Source of the DNA: Camelus ferus
Taxonomy: Eukaryota
NCBI RefSeq assembly: GCF_009834535.1
Contig: NC_045696.1
Span: 49,354,001-49,418,000 of the forward strand
Direction of reading: 5' to 3'
Length of the DNA stretch: 64,000 nt
Shown in pieces: positions 45,741 to 59,240 of this stretch (position 1 is the first letter of the stretch; each line of letters begins with the position of its first letter). A program made the position numbers and the translations under genes. The notes beneath the pieces are model-generated. The model saw only the letters and a program-made list of their open reading frames with translations. It had not been told where the DNA came from and did not search any database.

Positions 45741-47334
45741 CAAAGCATTTTAATACATTTTAGCATGTATCTGACTGTGACATGGTATTGAAACTAATAT
45801 TAGTTCTACAGCCTTAACCTAAGTTACCTAACAGTCCTAGCCTAAATGGTCTTGCTTCCTTATAATATGTGGTTGGGCCGGATCCATGGTGCTGAGCTTG
45901 TTGCCTTGTTCAGCAGAGCTGAGTGACATTACAGAGATCCTTTCTGAGAGTGATTCTCAGTAAGTGGGGAGGAGATGGTTACTCATTATCTTTAGGGGAT
46001 GGGATAAAGGAGGTTGTGCACCTTGGGGGAAAAAAAAAAGTGTCTTCAGTGGGATGTGCCAGTCCCTCAGCTGACACTTTCTGGAGTAGATGACTCAGTT
46101 CTAGGAACATCTTTTGAGCAGTTTATGGAGTCATGTTTAGTTCTGTGAGAAGAACAAATATTAGTAAGACTTGTTTCATATACCTAAATCGTATAGAATA
46201 TATAGTGATAATATCTAAATTTCCATTTCTGAAAACTGTCTGAAAAGGATTCTGTCAGTTGGGATGCTGTGTAACTTGTGTTAGAATACTAGAACACAGT
46301 GCATTAATCAAATTTCTTTCTAGGATCCCATATTTTAGGAAGCACAGAAATCTGGAGGTATACGATGTGGCACTCTGCATTGCCAACTAAAATCTGGGAG
46401 AGTTCCTTAGGTCTCCAGGAACTGACAGACAGTCTAATTCATGGAATGATTACAGTTTTCTTTCTTTTTTTTTTTGCATTTTATATTTTATAAATTTATT
46501 TTCAAAATAATTCTAAATCTCAAACTATTTTAAATATATCAAAAAAAGATTCATACACCTATTTTGGTGGAAATCCACAGTCAGTGATGTTTATTCATAA
46601 TTCATTGACTCAAACATAGGAATTAATTTGTCTATATTATGCCTTAGAGACAAGTAGATGTTGACACCATTTTTCCCAATGAGCTAGAACAGTTTAGTAA
46701 TTTTCCCACTTAGTAGACCTTTTTACTTCTTACCTACACACATCTAATACAATTAATGCATTTGTGGATTAGCATTCTTAGACTGTGAAACACTTGTTCC
46801 AGAAACCCCACTAATCACCAATTACTGCAGATCCTTTCTGGAAAATCATTTTCAGTGTGCAGACCCAGGGGCTTCTAATCTGGTTAAAGGATTTTCAAGT
46901 GGGATATTAAGCACCCCAGCCAATCTGTACAAACTGATAACGTAGCTAAGTGGCACTGAAACTTAATCAAAATCATATGAGCATGAACAGAGAATTGTGG
47001 ATTTAGACACATTTTCTGGATATGAATGAAAAGAATTATTGAAGTGTGAGCTGGCAACAGACCCGCTTTGCAATCTAACCCAAACTCCTTACTTTCTCTT
47101 GCTTTACTACACAGAGCATACAGTTTGCACTGCATCCTGATTTCTAGTTTATATTTTTCAGTTTTTCTTTATCACTAAGACTTGTTGCCTAATATAAGAG
47201 GAGAGTTTAGCTCCTCAGGAAAACTAAGGCTAACTTTGTGCTATGACATGGGTCAAATACAGCTATAATACCTGGTCCGTGCTGCCCTGTGGCCAGAAGA
47301 TGAAGATTTCCTATCTTCAGTGTGCATTTCAATT

Positions 47335-47475
47335 ACTCAGAGTTGTTCTACGCAAATTTCCCATCCACGTCTCAAAAGATTCTAATTCAATAGGTGTGGG
47401 GTGAGGTCCCCAAACTTGTATTTTTAACAAACTTTTCAAGCAATTCTGATGAAGGTCCATGAAGAACCACGGCCT
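47335..47475. mobile_element. MER5-type DNA transposon
   Basis: GATTCTAATTCAATAGGTGTGGGGTGAGGTCCC...TATTTTTAACAAAC...AATTCTGATG. Confidence 0.65.
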
Positions 47476-50400
47476 ACTTTTTAAGAAAGACTGAAATAAA
47501 CCTTGGTTTTCCAAACTCTTCTATATTACCTTTGTTTAAAACCCAAATGTTTTCTTTTGTAAAACAAACAAACAAAACCAAAACAGGTGCTGGTACTCAC
47601 ACTTTGATATTTTAATTAATAAAAGGACTTTTTTCTCCTTTTCCATACATTACAAATTCCCTCCCACTGGTCTATTGAGTTTAAAATTTGTGACGTTGTA
47701 TTACGCAGAATGAGAGGAGTAGGCCAACAGATGCTCCGGTTAAAAAAAATAAGAAAAGTTAAAGATCTCTTTTTAATGCTTAATGATATGGCAGAATGCA
47801 TCTCCCCTACTTTTCCAGATTCCATGTAATAAGCTCCTCTAGAGAAACACTTCTAGTCCTTTCCCAAATGCCTGTCACTCCTTCCCAAGGTGGTGGAGCT
47901 AAGTGCCTGGCTAACAGGTGACACAGGGTTACGTGCCTCATATGGAGGAAGAGAACACATTAAAATCCATATATAATGGGGACTTAGTCCCCCTCCTCCT
48001 TCCCCAGTCCCAGTGTGAAGCAGAAATCTGAGCAAGTGTGACTGATCTAAGATTCACGTTTCCCTTGGATGCCAGGACAAGACTTGGAGGGGGCTGGGGG
48101 GAAGGAAAAGGACTAGTAAGTCCAGCTGGTCCTCACACTAAGCCATATCCTCCCAGTAACTTTATAATCAACGAAGGGCCTGCCGTTTAAACTCCACCTA
48201 CCTGACTCCTGTTCCATTTCTCAATGGTTTTGAACTTGGATGGGGAAAAGGGAGAGTTATTTATTGATTCTCACCTCTTAGGCCCTGGCGTGTGGCAGAT
48301 TGAAGCGTATTTTGCATGTCTCTCTTTACAAGGGGCTTTCTGTAAGTCAGTTTCTATCCACTGACATGGTCATGTGAACTTGTTTTTCCTTCCAAAATTT
48401 CCATTATTAAATAAAAATATAAATTATTCGAAGTCAGTGAAAAACAGCAGTTTACCATTCTGACACATGCCAGAAAAAGTCTCTGAACAGTTGGGCACAT
48501 GTGAATGCTTTTGTAGTAGCACTAAGCAGTTTAAACCAGGGCACCAACCAGAGTAATGGATTTCTGGCAATCTAAGAGAAAGAGAGACATACATGGAGGG
48601 TTCTCATTTTATATTTGTGTTATGATTATAAAGCCAAGGCCCTCATGACCAGAATGGAGCTTATGGCTTTTAAAGGAACACAGCAGTCCATAAAGACATT
48701 CCAGTCTTTAGCCATATCTCTTGAAAACATTTAAAGGGTTTTTTATATATATGGCCTATGACAGCTCTTCTTAACTCTCTTGTCCTCTCCCTTTCTCTAG
48801 CATTCCTGTCTCGCAGAGGCCCTCTTCTCTCCTAGTCCAGAACTTTCTCTTTGGTGCCATCCCATCTCAGTCATCTTATCCTGTGAACTTCCTCTCTTAT
48901 CACCGTGTCTTTCCAAAACTGCCCCGGCCCATCACATCTCCCTGCACTGCAGTGCCCCTTGGGTGTGGTTTTCCTTTTTCTGGATTGCTTGTAGATCTTG
49001 TTCTTTGTCCACTAGGAGCAGAGAAGGGAGCTGGAGGCTTAGCAGGCAATACCAGACAATTTTCTTTGAGGAGTGTGTGTGGGGAAATGGCAGGAGTGAG
49101 GTGAGAATGGTGGAGAGATTGAGGGAAAACTGTGAGCCTCTACAGTTCAGTGATGTTTTGTTTCATCATCTTTGTCCCATGGAAAATCATCAGAATGATC
49201 TAGATGCACTGTTAGCAAAGCTGCCCATCTTTGCAGAAAAGCATGTATGCGTTGACATTTTAATTTGGGGGTTCACTTTTATGAAGTACACAGTATTTTG
49301 CTGGGCTCCTGGAAGAATATCTGTTCCTAAAGTTTCCGACGTTGGGAGAGGAGGAAGCGAGGAGAGGAATCATCCACTGGGTCTGGTGGATCCAGCTGAC
49401 AATGCTGTGACCTAGAACAAAAAAAAGATTTGGATCAATGTTTTTCAGGTTGTCTACAGACCCTTTTGAAGAATCTGGATCCCTCCTTCCTCACACATCC
49501 ACGTTCTTTGTATATGGAACATACAGATAGCACGTTTACTAATGTTCTGACTCCCTGCATCCCTGCACTTTGAAAAGAAAACCAAGAAAAATATTTTCTT
49601 TGAAAATTTCCCTTCCTGGGTACCTTTCCCCTCTGCTCTGTAACAGCAAGTTTAGGGCCAGGAAAGATTCCCCCAGGGTATTGAGGGCATCAGTCCGTTT
49701 CACAGTTGTAGGCAAAACACTTCCCTCGGGGAGAACTTCTTAAGATAAAACAGAGCACTTGGTTAGCATCTGGATTAAGAGGAGGGAGACCCGGGATTCA
49801 CTTCTCTGTTCCTGTTCGGTTGTATTTTTCTTCCTTTCTCTCTCAGCTGTTTCCCATCTTCCACTCCGGGCTGTTGGGGTGTGGTGCTCCATGACAGCGA
49901 GGAAAGCCCGAGACACACCTGTCAGGGCTTCAGCGCTGCCCTGTCCTCCTTCTCCCAGGCCAGGATGAGCTAAATCTTTCCCGAAGCCCACAAGGGGGAG
50001 TAATCCTGTAAATAAAGGATGCTGCTTAATTTCTAGGAAATCATGTCTCTAACTACTGACCTACCGTAGCTGTTTATCTCAGGCACAGACCAATTTATGC
50101 ACAGAGGCACTTCAAATTGCAGAACCTCCCTTGTTGGAAGCCAAAATTACTTGCAAAGTTGGGTCCAAGTAATCACAGAATCTCTATTTTCCTAATTTTA
50201 AGGTGAAAATATCATGGGAAAGGGGAAAGCATGAATAGAAATATTTGTGGAAGACCAGTCTGGACAACCTGACTGCTGGAGTATAATGAGGTGGTTGTTT
50301 AAACTTCGATGCAGGTAGCATTTATTGTCATTCAACTATCTTTGTGCAGGTTAGTAATGACATCACTTTTTTATCCTTACTGTAACCAGGAGGTCATAAT

Positions 50401-51214
50401 AGAAGGTTATTCTTTTGCTGAGGTTATTTCATTTTAATAAATCACAATACAGCTTAGTAACCCTTATCTGTATATGTTCTACAGTATTAATATTATCTTA
50501 GAATTTGGAAAATGAGGCTGTCCACACTCCCTAAGACTTTAAATGAGTTCTGATGATTGTCTGTCTCTGGTGCACTTGGAGGGCAGCTCCAGGAAAGCCC
50601 TTTCTAACACCTTTGGTTCCCCAGTAGCAAGAGCTTCTTATCTTAAATTTTGTCTGTCTAAAAATACCCTGCCTGGCCAGATGAATTGTTGTGGAGGTCG
50701 CTTGACTTCCTAGTGTTACTCCTTCCATGTGGGTTTGACTTGAATTTTAACAAGAACTGTTATTTACAACCCATGTGCCTTTCATGGCAAATAGATTCCT
50801 CCCAAGGATGCTCCTTTATTTTGCTAAACAAGGTAGTATGTGAGAATACAATTTGAAGCCGAAGAAATTACATTTCTCAGCTTGGGTGGAAATGCAATGT
50901 TGGTGGTGGTGTGAAGAGGGGGCCCCCAGGAGGGGGGTAAATCAGAGCGACGTGGGGCTGGCAGTGCTGTGTGGAGTTGGAGAGGAGAGTTAGGAGGAAA
51001 ACAGAGAAGGGAACCTTCCCTTCTTCTTACAGAAGTAAAACCTACTTTGATTTTAGGTTCATAGAACTGGATTTGTAGGTTTGGGGAGGAAGAATTTGGG
51101 AGTGAAGTTGCAGCAAAGTGCTGAGAACAGCTTCTGGGCAGGAGTAGGATCAAAACCACAGGCTGCCTTAGGGAGGCAGGATGTAATCCATGTGCACCTG
51201 CACCAAGATATTTG

Positions 51215-51340
51215 TCTGTCTACCTATCCTGTCTATCTGTCCGTCCATCCATTCATCCATCCATCCATCCATCCATCCATCCATCCATCCATCCATCCAT
51301 CATATTTATCTACCTATCTCTCTATCCACCCATCCATTCA
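51215..51340. repeat. (CCAT)n tetranucleotide microsatellite with (CTAT)-like flanks
   Basis: Near-perfect CCAT run at 51241-51300. Confidence 0.95.
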
Positions 51341-52379
51341 GTCAATCTCAAGAGTTAATAAAAATATGAAAACTGAATAGAATGACACTTTCTGAAAATA
51401 AGGGTCTTAGCACAGTGAATATTAACCCATCAACCCATGATTTATTTGTACTGAAAAAGCCAGTTCAATTTCTGATTTGTTTTATAAAATGAGTCTGTAG
51501 CACTAAGCAATCTGTGTCACTTAACCAAATACATTGACTGCTCTTGTGAAGTTTTCCTTATTATTTGCTACATCCCTCCCTTCGTTCCATCAATAGGGCT
51601 CTGCTGCTTTCCAGCCTAACTGTTCTACCTCCCTCATCGACACAGTGCAGTCAACGGTGTAGTTTCCCAGAGCAATGACAGATTCTGTTAGAGCTACAGG
51701 CACTTCACAGGCTTAAATTTCAAAAGTTTGTGTGTAAATCAGTTGTTTCACACTGTGGTTGCATTTTTCCTGTTGAAACTGTATTATAAATTATGTAGCA
51801 GACTTCATAAATCTGTGGCCTGAAAACCCTTTAAAACACATTCTCTTCATGCAGTGAGCTGGATTTTTTTTTTTCCTTCTCCTAAGCCTGGCATATACTT
51901 AGCTAGGTTAACTGACATGGGCCTTTGGTGATGTAATTCAAGGCAGGGAAGGAGACACTATTCAACAACAACTTGGGTTAGTGCAAAGGAAAAGTGTGTC
52001 TTGGCAGCGGGACAGTTTTGTCTTAGGTATTCCATCCTGAGGTTACATCAGACACAGTGAGGCCTTTTCTCAGCGCTCCCCACTGTCCCCCTCTTACAAC
52101 CTGGGTGCAGGCTGAGTGTAAGGGCAGGCAGGATATTGAAAGAGGGTAGAGAAGCAACGGGGTTAAACAAACAATGGGCCATGAGGTTGGAGGAGAAGAG
52201 AGAGAAGACCAGAGGGAGAGGTTTCCCTGAGGGCTGGATGTGAGTGGTCATGGAGAAGTTCCAAGCTGGCCCATCAGATCAGGAACAGACACTGAAGGAT
52301 GGACAAAAAAGAGAGAGAAGCATGGATAATAAGGCATAGGAGGAACTTTTAGCCAGTAACTGGAGTAGTGTAACTTTAA

Positions 52380-53050
52380 AATAATTGATTCCTGGGAACA
52401 TTTCTGTGTAGCGCACAGTGTAAGACTCCGAGGCTAGCCCTTACAAAACACTGACAAAATATTTTTGTCATTGTCCAGTGCGTCACAGGTCAGCTTTGCC
52501 TGTGACCCCGTGGGGACGTTTGCTGGTGAGAGCCCAGGATTTGTCAGTTACAAAGGTAGGAACTGCCTGCACCTGCCAGAATTTACGTTTCGCCAGCTTC
52601 AAGGAGACAAAATGAACAAATTTAATTACAGATTAACCTTATAACTAGAGCTCAGGCTATGTCACCAGGAGCGTTCATTGAAATTCCTGATATCAGTACT
52701 GTTTTTCCAGTTTATTTAAGGCTCCACGATGTGAATAACGGTAGATGCAATTCGAGGTAAACCAATCTACAGTTTCAGAAGGCGGGAAGACTGACAAAAA
52801 ATTATTTAGGCCTGGGGCTTTTCTGGAGCTAACTTCCCAAATGTCTTGAATCTGAAAACACCTTTTTTGAGGCGAAGGGAGAGGCTGAAGAAAAAACAAC
52901 ACGGGAAGATCTATTTCATTAAATCTGTATTTTTAAGAAATTATTTTTTCAGTGGTTTAGAAATAAGCAAAATGGTATTAGTCAACTTGGTTAGCAGTTT
53001 ATGTTAATGAACCCCATTTTGGGGTGTTGTTACCATGGGAGACTCTCATA
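52380..53050. promoter_or_regulatory. Candidate conserved non-coding element
   Basis: Repeat-free, many retained CpGs, several TGACA/TGTCA and TAATTA motifs, two short inverted repeats, RFX-like GTTACCATGGGAGAC (53029-53043). Confidence 0.38.
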
Positions 53051-53599
53051 GAGTGTCCCCAGGTTATGTTCTTGAGCAAGGTGGGAATGACAATACGAAC
53101 CTGTAAGAATGGCTGGAAAACCAACTTGGTGTAGGCCCACCTGTAAGGATCAACAATACCACCTTCATTTACGAAGGATAGCATCTCCTTCCTCCCTGGG
53201 GGCCACCGCTTTCTTTAATATCTACATAGAGCAGTTCAGTCCTCCATTCCACCTACCCTTGAGAAGTCTGGTGGTTTCCCCCAGGAAGGCAATGTGGGAC
53301 GGTACTTACATTCTCCCAGTCTGTCAACAGTCTGTCACCTTTTACTCTGAACTGCTCCTCCCAGCCCGTTTCAGGTCACCACTGGTACATCAGCGGTTTT
53401 ATCTTTTTGGCCCAAGTAGGGAGAGACACCCGTGTTCTTTGTTCCCCAAGGCCTGAGACTATCACAGAGATCTTGTGTATAATGCTTCTCCTGAAGAACT
53501 GGGAATAATGAGTTGAAATTACAGTTAAGAAATCACTTAAAATTAAATATCAATATTACCATTGTATAAATTATTCATCCAACCCCACCACAGGGAGAT

Positions 53600-53993
53600 G
53601 TTGCAGATGGGAGTCCTCAGGAAGCAGAATCTAAGACAAAGATTAGTGTCCAGGGTGGGCATGCTCCTGGGATCAAAACCTGTGGAAGGGACGGCATGGA
53701 CGCAGGGTTAGGCAGAGGGAGAAGGCTTCAGATGACTCCGTGGAGAACTCAATCTGGGATGGCCCTTCAGAGTTATCTCAAGTTGGGGCAGAAAGGACAG
53801 GCCTTTAGACTGCTGTGTCACTGGAAGTGAGTTGCTTCAGAAAGGTGTCACAGGGGAGGTGGTGCTCCTCAGTCTAGGCTATTTTCAAAGACGGCTGGCC
53901 GCTGGGTGTGTTGTCAGCAGCAAGCCCACAGCTGGGAGTGTAAGTCTGACTCCTCAGGGGACCAGGATGCTGGAGCATCACCGTGGCCACGGC
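53600..53993 (-). mobile_element. ERVL LTR (LTR16C-like)
   Basis: GGAAGCAGAATCTAAGAC...TGGGATCAAAACCTGTGGAAGGG...GGCAGAGGGAGAAG...CTGGGATGGCCCTTCAGAGTT. Confidence 0.8.
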
Positions 53994-55569
53994 AGGGGGC
54001 TTTGACTGGCCGTCTCTCCCCTTTCACACGGCTGCAGGCAAGTTGCCAGATCTCACTTGCTTTGTACTTAGCCTCCTTCTCCATCATCCTCTCTTTTTTC
54101 TAGGCCAGGGGAGCTCCCAAGTCCCAAATTCAGAACATCAAAGGAAAAGTGGTAACTTCCCTGTCTTTTCATTGCCCTGCCTCTGTCTCCACTCTAAGCT
54201 AAGTGCTGTGTCTTGCCTTTAATAACCATGATGTCCATTATTATGTTCTCCTTAACAGAATAGCTCACCCAAGATCAATTTTCTGCTCTTTGCTTGCCCA
54301 CACTGAATTTTAAATAAAAATGATAGGTTAGGACCAATGAAGAGTCATTGTCCTCCTTTCCAGAGTAAATGTGAGTAATTTTGTGTTTGTGTGTTTCAAT
54401 TGATTTTTTTCCTTTCTTATTACAAAAAGATAAGAGTGAGTGAAATAAATTTGTATTCAGTACTAGATATGTGACATAAGGACTTCATATATACATATTT
54501 GTGTGTGTGTACATGTGCACATATATGTAGTGCACTTTTCAAAGCGGTTAGACGTCATCAAGGGCTAATCTAATTCTACTTGACAACTAAGACTTTCATG
54601 TATTAAGTCCTTTTTTTCTAAACACAGAGAAATACTCAAAACATCTTTGACCTACTGGATTATAGATTTAATATGTGGACTCAGGGATGATTTTAGAAAT
54701 CCTGAAAATGTTTATCAATACTAACCTTTATGAAGAGTTTGAAAAATATAAATGTATGTACAGCAACTATTTTTGAGGTTGAATTCTGTTCCGGCCGCTT
54801 CGTATGTAGAGTCTCATCAGGTCCTTGTGGTAGGACCCAGTGTGGCTGAGCCAGTTGATTTTGTTCATGTGCTTAAGTAGTCAACTTTGCGGGGAGGAAA
54901 CTTGACTGTGGGGGATTTGTTCACGTCATCCAGTCCTGGTCATAAACATGTTTCTGGGGTGATCTTTGATACAAGCCTACTTAGAAACTCGGGGTAAGTC
55001 CTGGTAAGACTGTCTGTGTCTGTAGTGTTTTTCCTTCTATGAAAACAACAACAAAATAAAGGCTGGGAGAAATTTTATGTTGGCACAGTAAATGGAGAAC
55101 AAAATGTGTGCTCATTAGTTTCCCAACCTAATTGACAGGACACCTGCAGGTTTTATCGATTAGGCACCTTGGCAATAACTCTGTTGAGTTAATTAGTTCT
55201 CTTATAATTACATGGAGATTAATTTTCACTCTGAGTATCAAATCACAGAAATCAAATAAAAATATTTATTGAGTGTTTACTGAGTGTGAGTCATTGTGAA
55301 ATGAGAATTAGAAAAGTCTAATGAGGTTATCCCATTTTCCTTCCATTTGAGAATAATGTTATTTGTCTTCCACAATATTCCTCCCAGGACCTTGTCTGAT
55401 ATAATTTTGATGATCTTATGCTAAGTCACAAATTTTGCCAGAGAACTTTATTGGTTTTTCCAGATGAGCAACCTGATTCTTTTTTCATTTACTTGGAAAA
55501 TCCTCTTGTTCTTCCCTGCAAAACCCTCCCTCTATTGTAAGCCCCGACATTATTAGCACAGAGTAGAGG

Positions 55570-56110
55570 GCATGTGCTGTTTTTGCATGTCCAGCTCCAT
55601 TTCCTTTTCTGTTAATAACTCCGTGGTTTTCCTTTTGAGAATCTCTCCACATCGCTCTCAGCTATGGAGTATAGTATTCTGGGACTGACTACAGGCTCCA
55701 GGAAAGACCATATAGTCTAAGTGAAACTGGGTAAAACCTTGTCCACCTTGATTATTAGGGATGGAAACATGACCAACGGAGTCAGAGACTCCTGCCCTAG
55801 GGTTTTTGGGAATTATCGAGGTGGAGAAAAAAACTCTTTGCTCTTAGAAGATCTAAGTCTGCATCTACTGGATGCCACTGTGGGGACAAAGCCTGTCTGT
55901 GAGTGAAGCCAGTGCAGGGGAAGGTAGAGATAAAGGGCAGAAGAAAGCTAGAAGCTCGGTCTGACTTACATCATTTTGGCCTTTGATTGGAACTAGACCC
56001 ACTCCTGGACTTTTCTAATGTGTGAGCCAATAAATTACCATTTTGAAATAGCAGATTTGAATTGGGTGGGCTTCAGTACTTACAACTGAAAGATGTACGA
56101 TGAGTGAACA
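55570..56110 (+). mobile_element. MaLR LTR (MLT1K-like)
   Basis: AGGGATGGAAACATGACCAA...CTCCTGGACTTTTC..TGTGAGCCAATAAATT...TTACAACTGAAAG. Confidence 0.65.
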
Positions 56111-56839
56111 GATCGAACCGGCCAAACGCGTCAATGGGAAGGAAGAGGCGGCACTACCCTGCTGCACAGTCCTTGCCCTTGGAGCTCTCTGCCCTTGTCG
56201 TTTATGTCATTTCCCTCTAACAAGCTTCCTTGCCTTTATCTTCTCTATTAAGGTGCCAAAGGGGAATGAGGTTGGAAAGGCCTCTCTTTACAGCCTGTTC
56301 TAAACCTGAGCTACCACTGATTAAGTTTGAGACCTGCCCAGGCCACTGGAAATGAGGAGTGCAGGAATTGTGTTTGTAGGAGATGATTCTGTCTTGGGGC
56401 TTGCTTCTGTAGTGCTTCTGAGCTATCTGTCATGTTACTTTGTTCCTAGAGTTCACAGAATCTTGACAGCTGTCAGGCAAGGCTTGATGCAGTGACAATA
56501 CAATTAATTAGTACGCCTGCAAAGAGACCAGGAAGAAGATGGTGCCTGCTTCCTAGCACATGAGTTCAGCTGTCTTCACCAAGCACTAATTAGCTATCCT
56601 GTCTGGAGAGTGATCCACAGTGTGACAGGATACAGGACAAGATTTTGACGGGGAATTTTGTCTGGTTCGTCCAGTTGTGCCTGTGACTCTTAGAGCTCAG
56701 CTTTCCTCGTGCAGCGTGACATCACACACACAGCGGCACCGTCAGGTTCTGCAGTGACAGCCCAGCTGGGATGGTGTTCTTCTCCTTCAGGGTCCTTATT
56801 CCAGTCTGTGGTTATGCATTGTGTGAGGTTTTTAACTGT

Positions 56840-56930
56840 GAGCTCCATTAATCCGTTGTACCTAGCACAGCGCCTGACATATAAAACATTCCATGAGCAT
56901 TTGTTGAAAGAATGAACACATAAATAAATA
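56840..56930 (+). mobile_element. LINE-2 3' end
   Basis: TACCTAGCACAGCGCCTGACATATAA...CATTTGTTGAAAGAATGAA. Confidence 0.65.
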
Positions 56931-58799
56931 AAAGAATAAAAAGGGCATAAAGTCACATTTCAGTAGATGGTTAAAAAGAACCAGTTGATAAAAATGGAGA
57001 AGACAGGAATCAGAACACACATGCAGGGGAACATGGAAATCTTTCACTGAGAAAAAGTGAACATTCCACCTGTAGGACCCTTTGTGTCTGATCTTCCAAA
57101 GTGAGTGGGAGTGAGTGACGTCACAATAAAACTGCAGCCAAGGTTACAGTGCGTGTATTCCTCTGCCAGTGGGGAGTCTTTATGGATTACTTTGCTGAAA
57201 AGGGGGTGAGATCAGGCAAAAAGAGAGAAATTCACAGATTCATAGGTCTTGGTGTTAGAAAGGACTTGAGAAGTTCGACTTGTACAGCTTTCAGCCTCCA
57301 TATAGGGATGTCTGCATCCTAGATGTGGCATCTAGGAATTTGGTGACTTCCAAATGGTGACTACATGGTTATCTACAGAAAAGATTTGGGTATGTTTCAG
57401 AAACAAACCAGTTTAGACTCTTCCCAGAGTACAGTTAGTCAGATCTCTGTGAGATGGATCATCCAAGCTTTTAGAAACTTCTTGGAAAATGTGAAAACAG
57501 TTTAGCAAGTCACCACGTCTGTCCACACTGAGGGAGTGTCCCAGAGCTGTGATGTGGCACTCAGAGGAGGTGTGGGTGAAGTGTGAGAAGAGCAGTAGAG
57601 GTATAAGAGCAGGATGCTTCAAATTCTCTCTCGAATCAGCAGCAATATCAACGCCACAAAACACAGAAAATCCAACTAGCGCTGGCTCAGTGAAGGAAAC
57701 TGAATTTCCACGGGCAGTGCACAGCATGGCTTGACTTGGTGGTTTCCACACTGCAGTGCTGGAAAGCTCTCTGGAGGAGCTCCTGTGGGCAGCGTTGCTG
57801 TTCTGCAAGACATGAGCTCAGTGCCACCCGGACACCTTCACCCCGCCCCGCTGTGAAAGGACATGAGTATCGGGAAGGAGACACACACTTCTCCTTACTG
57901 ACTCCTGAGCACAAAGAGCATGCCCCAGAGGGAGCAGAGCGGTGTGAGGACCGGCTGACCGCACCGCAGCATTGCAGACATGGCGAGGACACGAAGCCCT
58001 TTCTAACCACGGTTGCTGAAAATCCATGAGGATCTGGGGGACCCCCTTTCCCTTTTAACCCCAAGGCAGCATGGATGCCGGAGGCTGTCTTCTGAAGGAC
58101 GCAGGGGCCTGAGTGGTTCAGAGGTTCTGTCAAAGGGGTCATGGGGGTGAGCAGTCGGAGGCAGCCCCCCAGGTCAAGTGCTCCTGCTCCTTCCCGCGGA
58201 GTCATGGATCACACCCAGGGAGTGGCCGCTGGGGGAATCCTGACATCAGGTGAGAGAAATGTAGAAGATCAACTGGTGACGGGTCCTTGCAGGCGCGGTG
58301 AGATGTGGCACAGCCGCGCTCCAGCTGATTAGGGATGGCCTCACCCAGGTGGCCACACTGGGCTCATTATCTACATTCATAGTGGGCTCTAGGAGCAGAG
58401 AGGAGGCAGAGGCAGGTGACGGGCACAGGCCAGCCTACTGACGTGAGAGTGGGTGAGGCCTGGCAGTGTCCTCTAGGGGGGGACAGTGTCTTCTTCCCAC
58501 TGCCTGGAAGTCACAGGCAATTCATGGTTTTAAATCAATAGTGAATATTAACATTCTTGCTTAAACAGCCAAATGAAGCATCATTCTGTACCCACCCCCT
58601 TACCAGGCCGTGATGTGATGAGGACCAGGCAAGCAAGAAGCAACGAAAGCGGCCACTCCGCTGTGGAAGGGCAGCCTTTGTTGCGTTCCATACCTGAGCC
58701 TGCGCGCACCAGGTGTGCTGCTGAGAGCATGCTTCTGGCTTCCCGCTCGTCTCTCCCTCCCAACTGCGACCGAGGGGCCCACCTGGCCTCTTCGAGACC

Positions 58800-59240
58800 A
58801 GTACCTCTTGCACTTTAATGTACCTATAAGCTCCCTGGGAAATATTGTTAAAATACAGATTCTGATTTGTCAGGTCTGTGGTAGAACCCAAGAGTCTGCA
58901 ATTCGAAGAAGCACCCAGGACCACACTTCGAGTAGCAAGATTGTGAACCAGTGGTTCTCAAACTTTGCTGCACATTAGAGTCACCCGGGGCCCCTTTGTT
59001 GGAGGGTACATTCTGATTCAGCAAGTCTGAAGTGGGGCCCAAAATGCCACATCTCCACCGAGTTTCCAAGGGACGCCCACTCTGTAGTTCTGTGGGCCAC
59101 ACTCAAAGCAGCCAGGTCTTAGACTGCTGGCTCTGTAGTTTCAGTAGGCCAGAGAATCACCCCTGGAGCTCATGAAAATGCAGATTCTTGAACTGTACTC
59201 CCAGAGTCTAATAAACTTTCTAGGAGAGTCTGGGAGGGCA
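58800..59240. mobile_element. Cluster of three MER5-family elements
   Basis: TTGTTAAAATACAGATTCTGATT...GGACCACACTTCGAGTAGC; CAGTGGTTCTCAAACTTTGCTGCACATTAGAGTCACC; GAATCACCCCTGGAGCTCATGAAAATGCAGATTC. Confidence 0.8.

Noticed and set aside
57413..58978. Many overlapping ORFs up to 172 aa
   Set aside because: Explained by higher GC content; no domain similarity, present on both strands.
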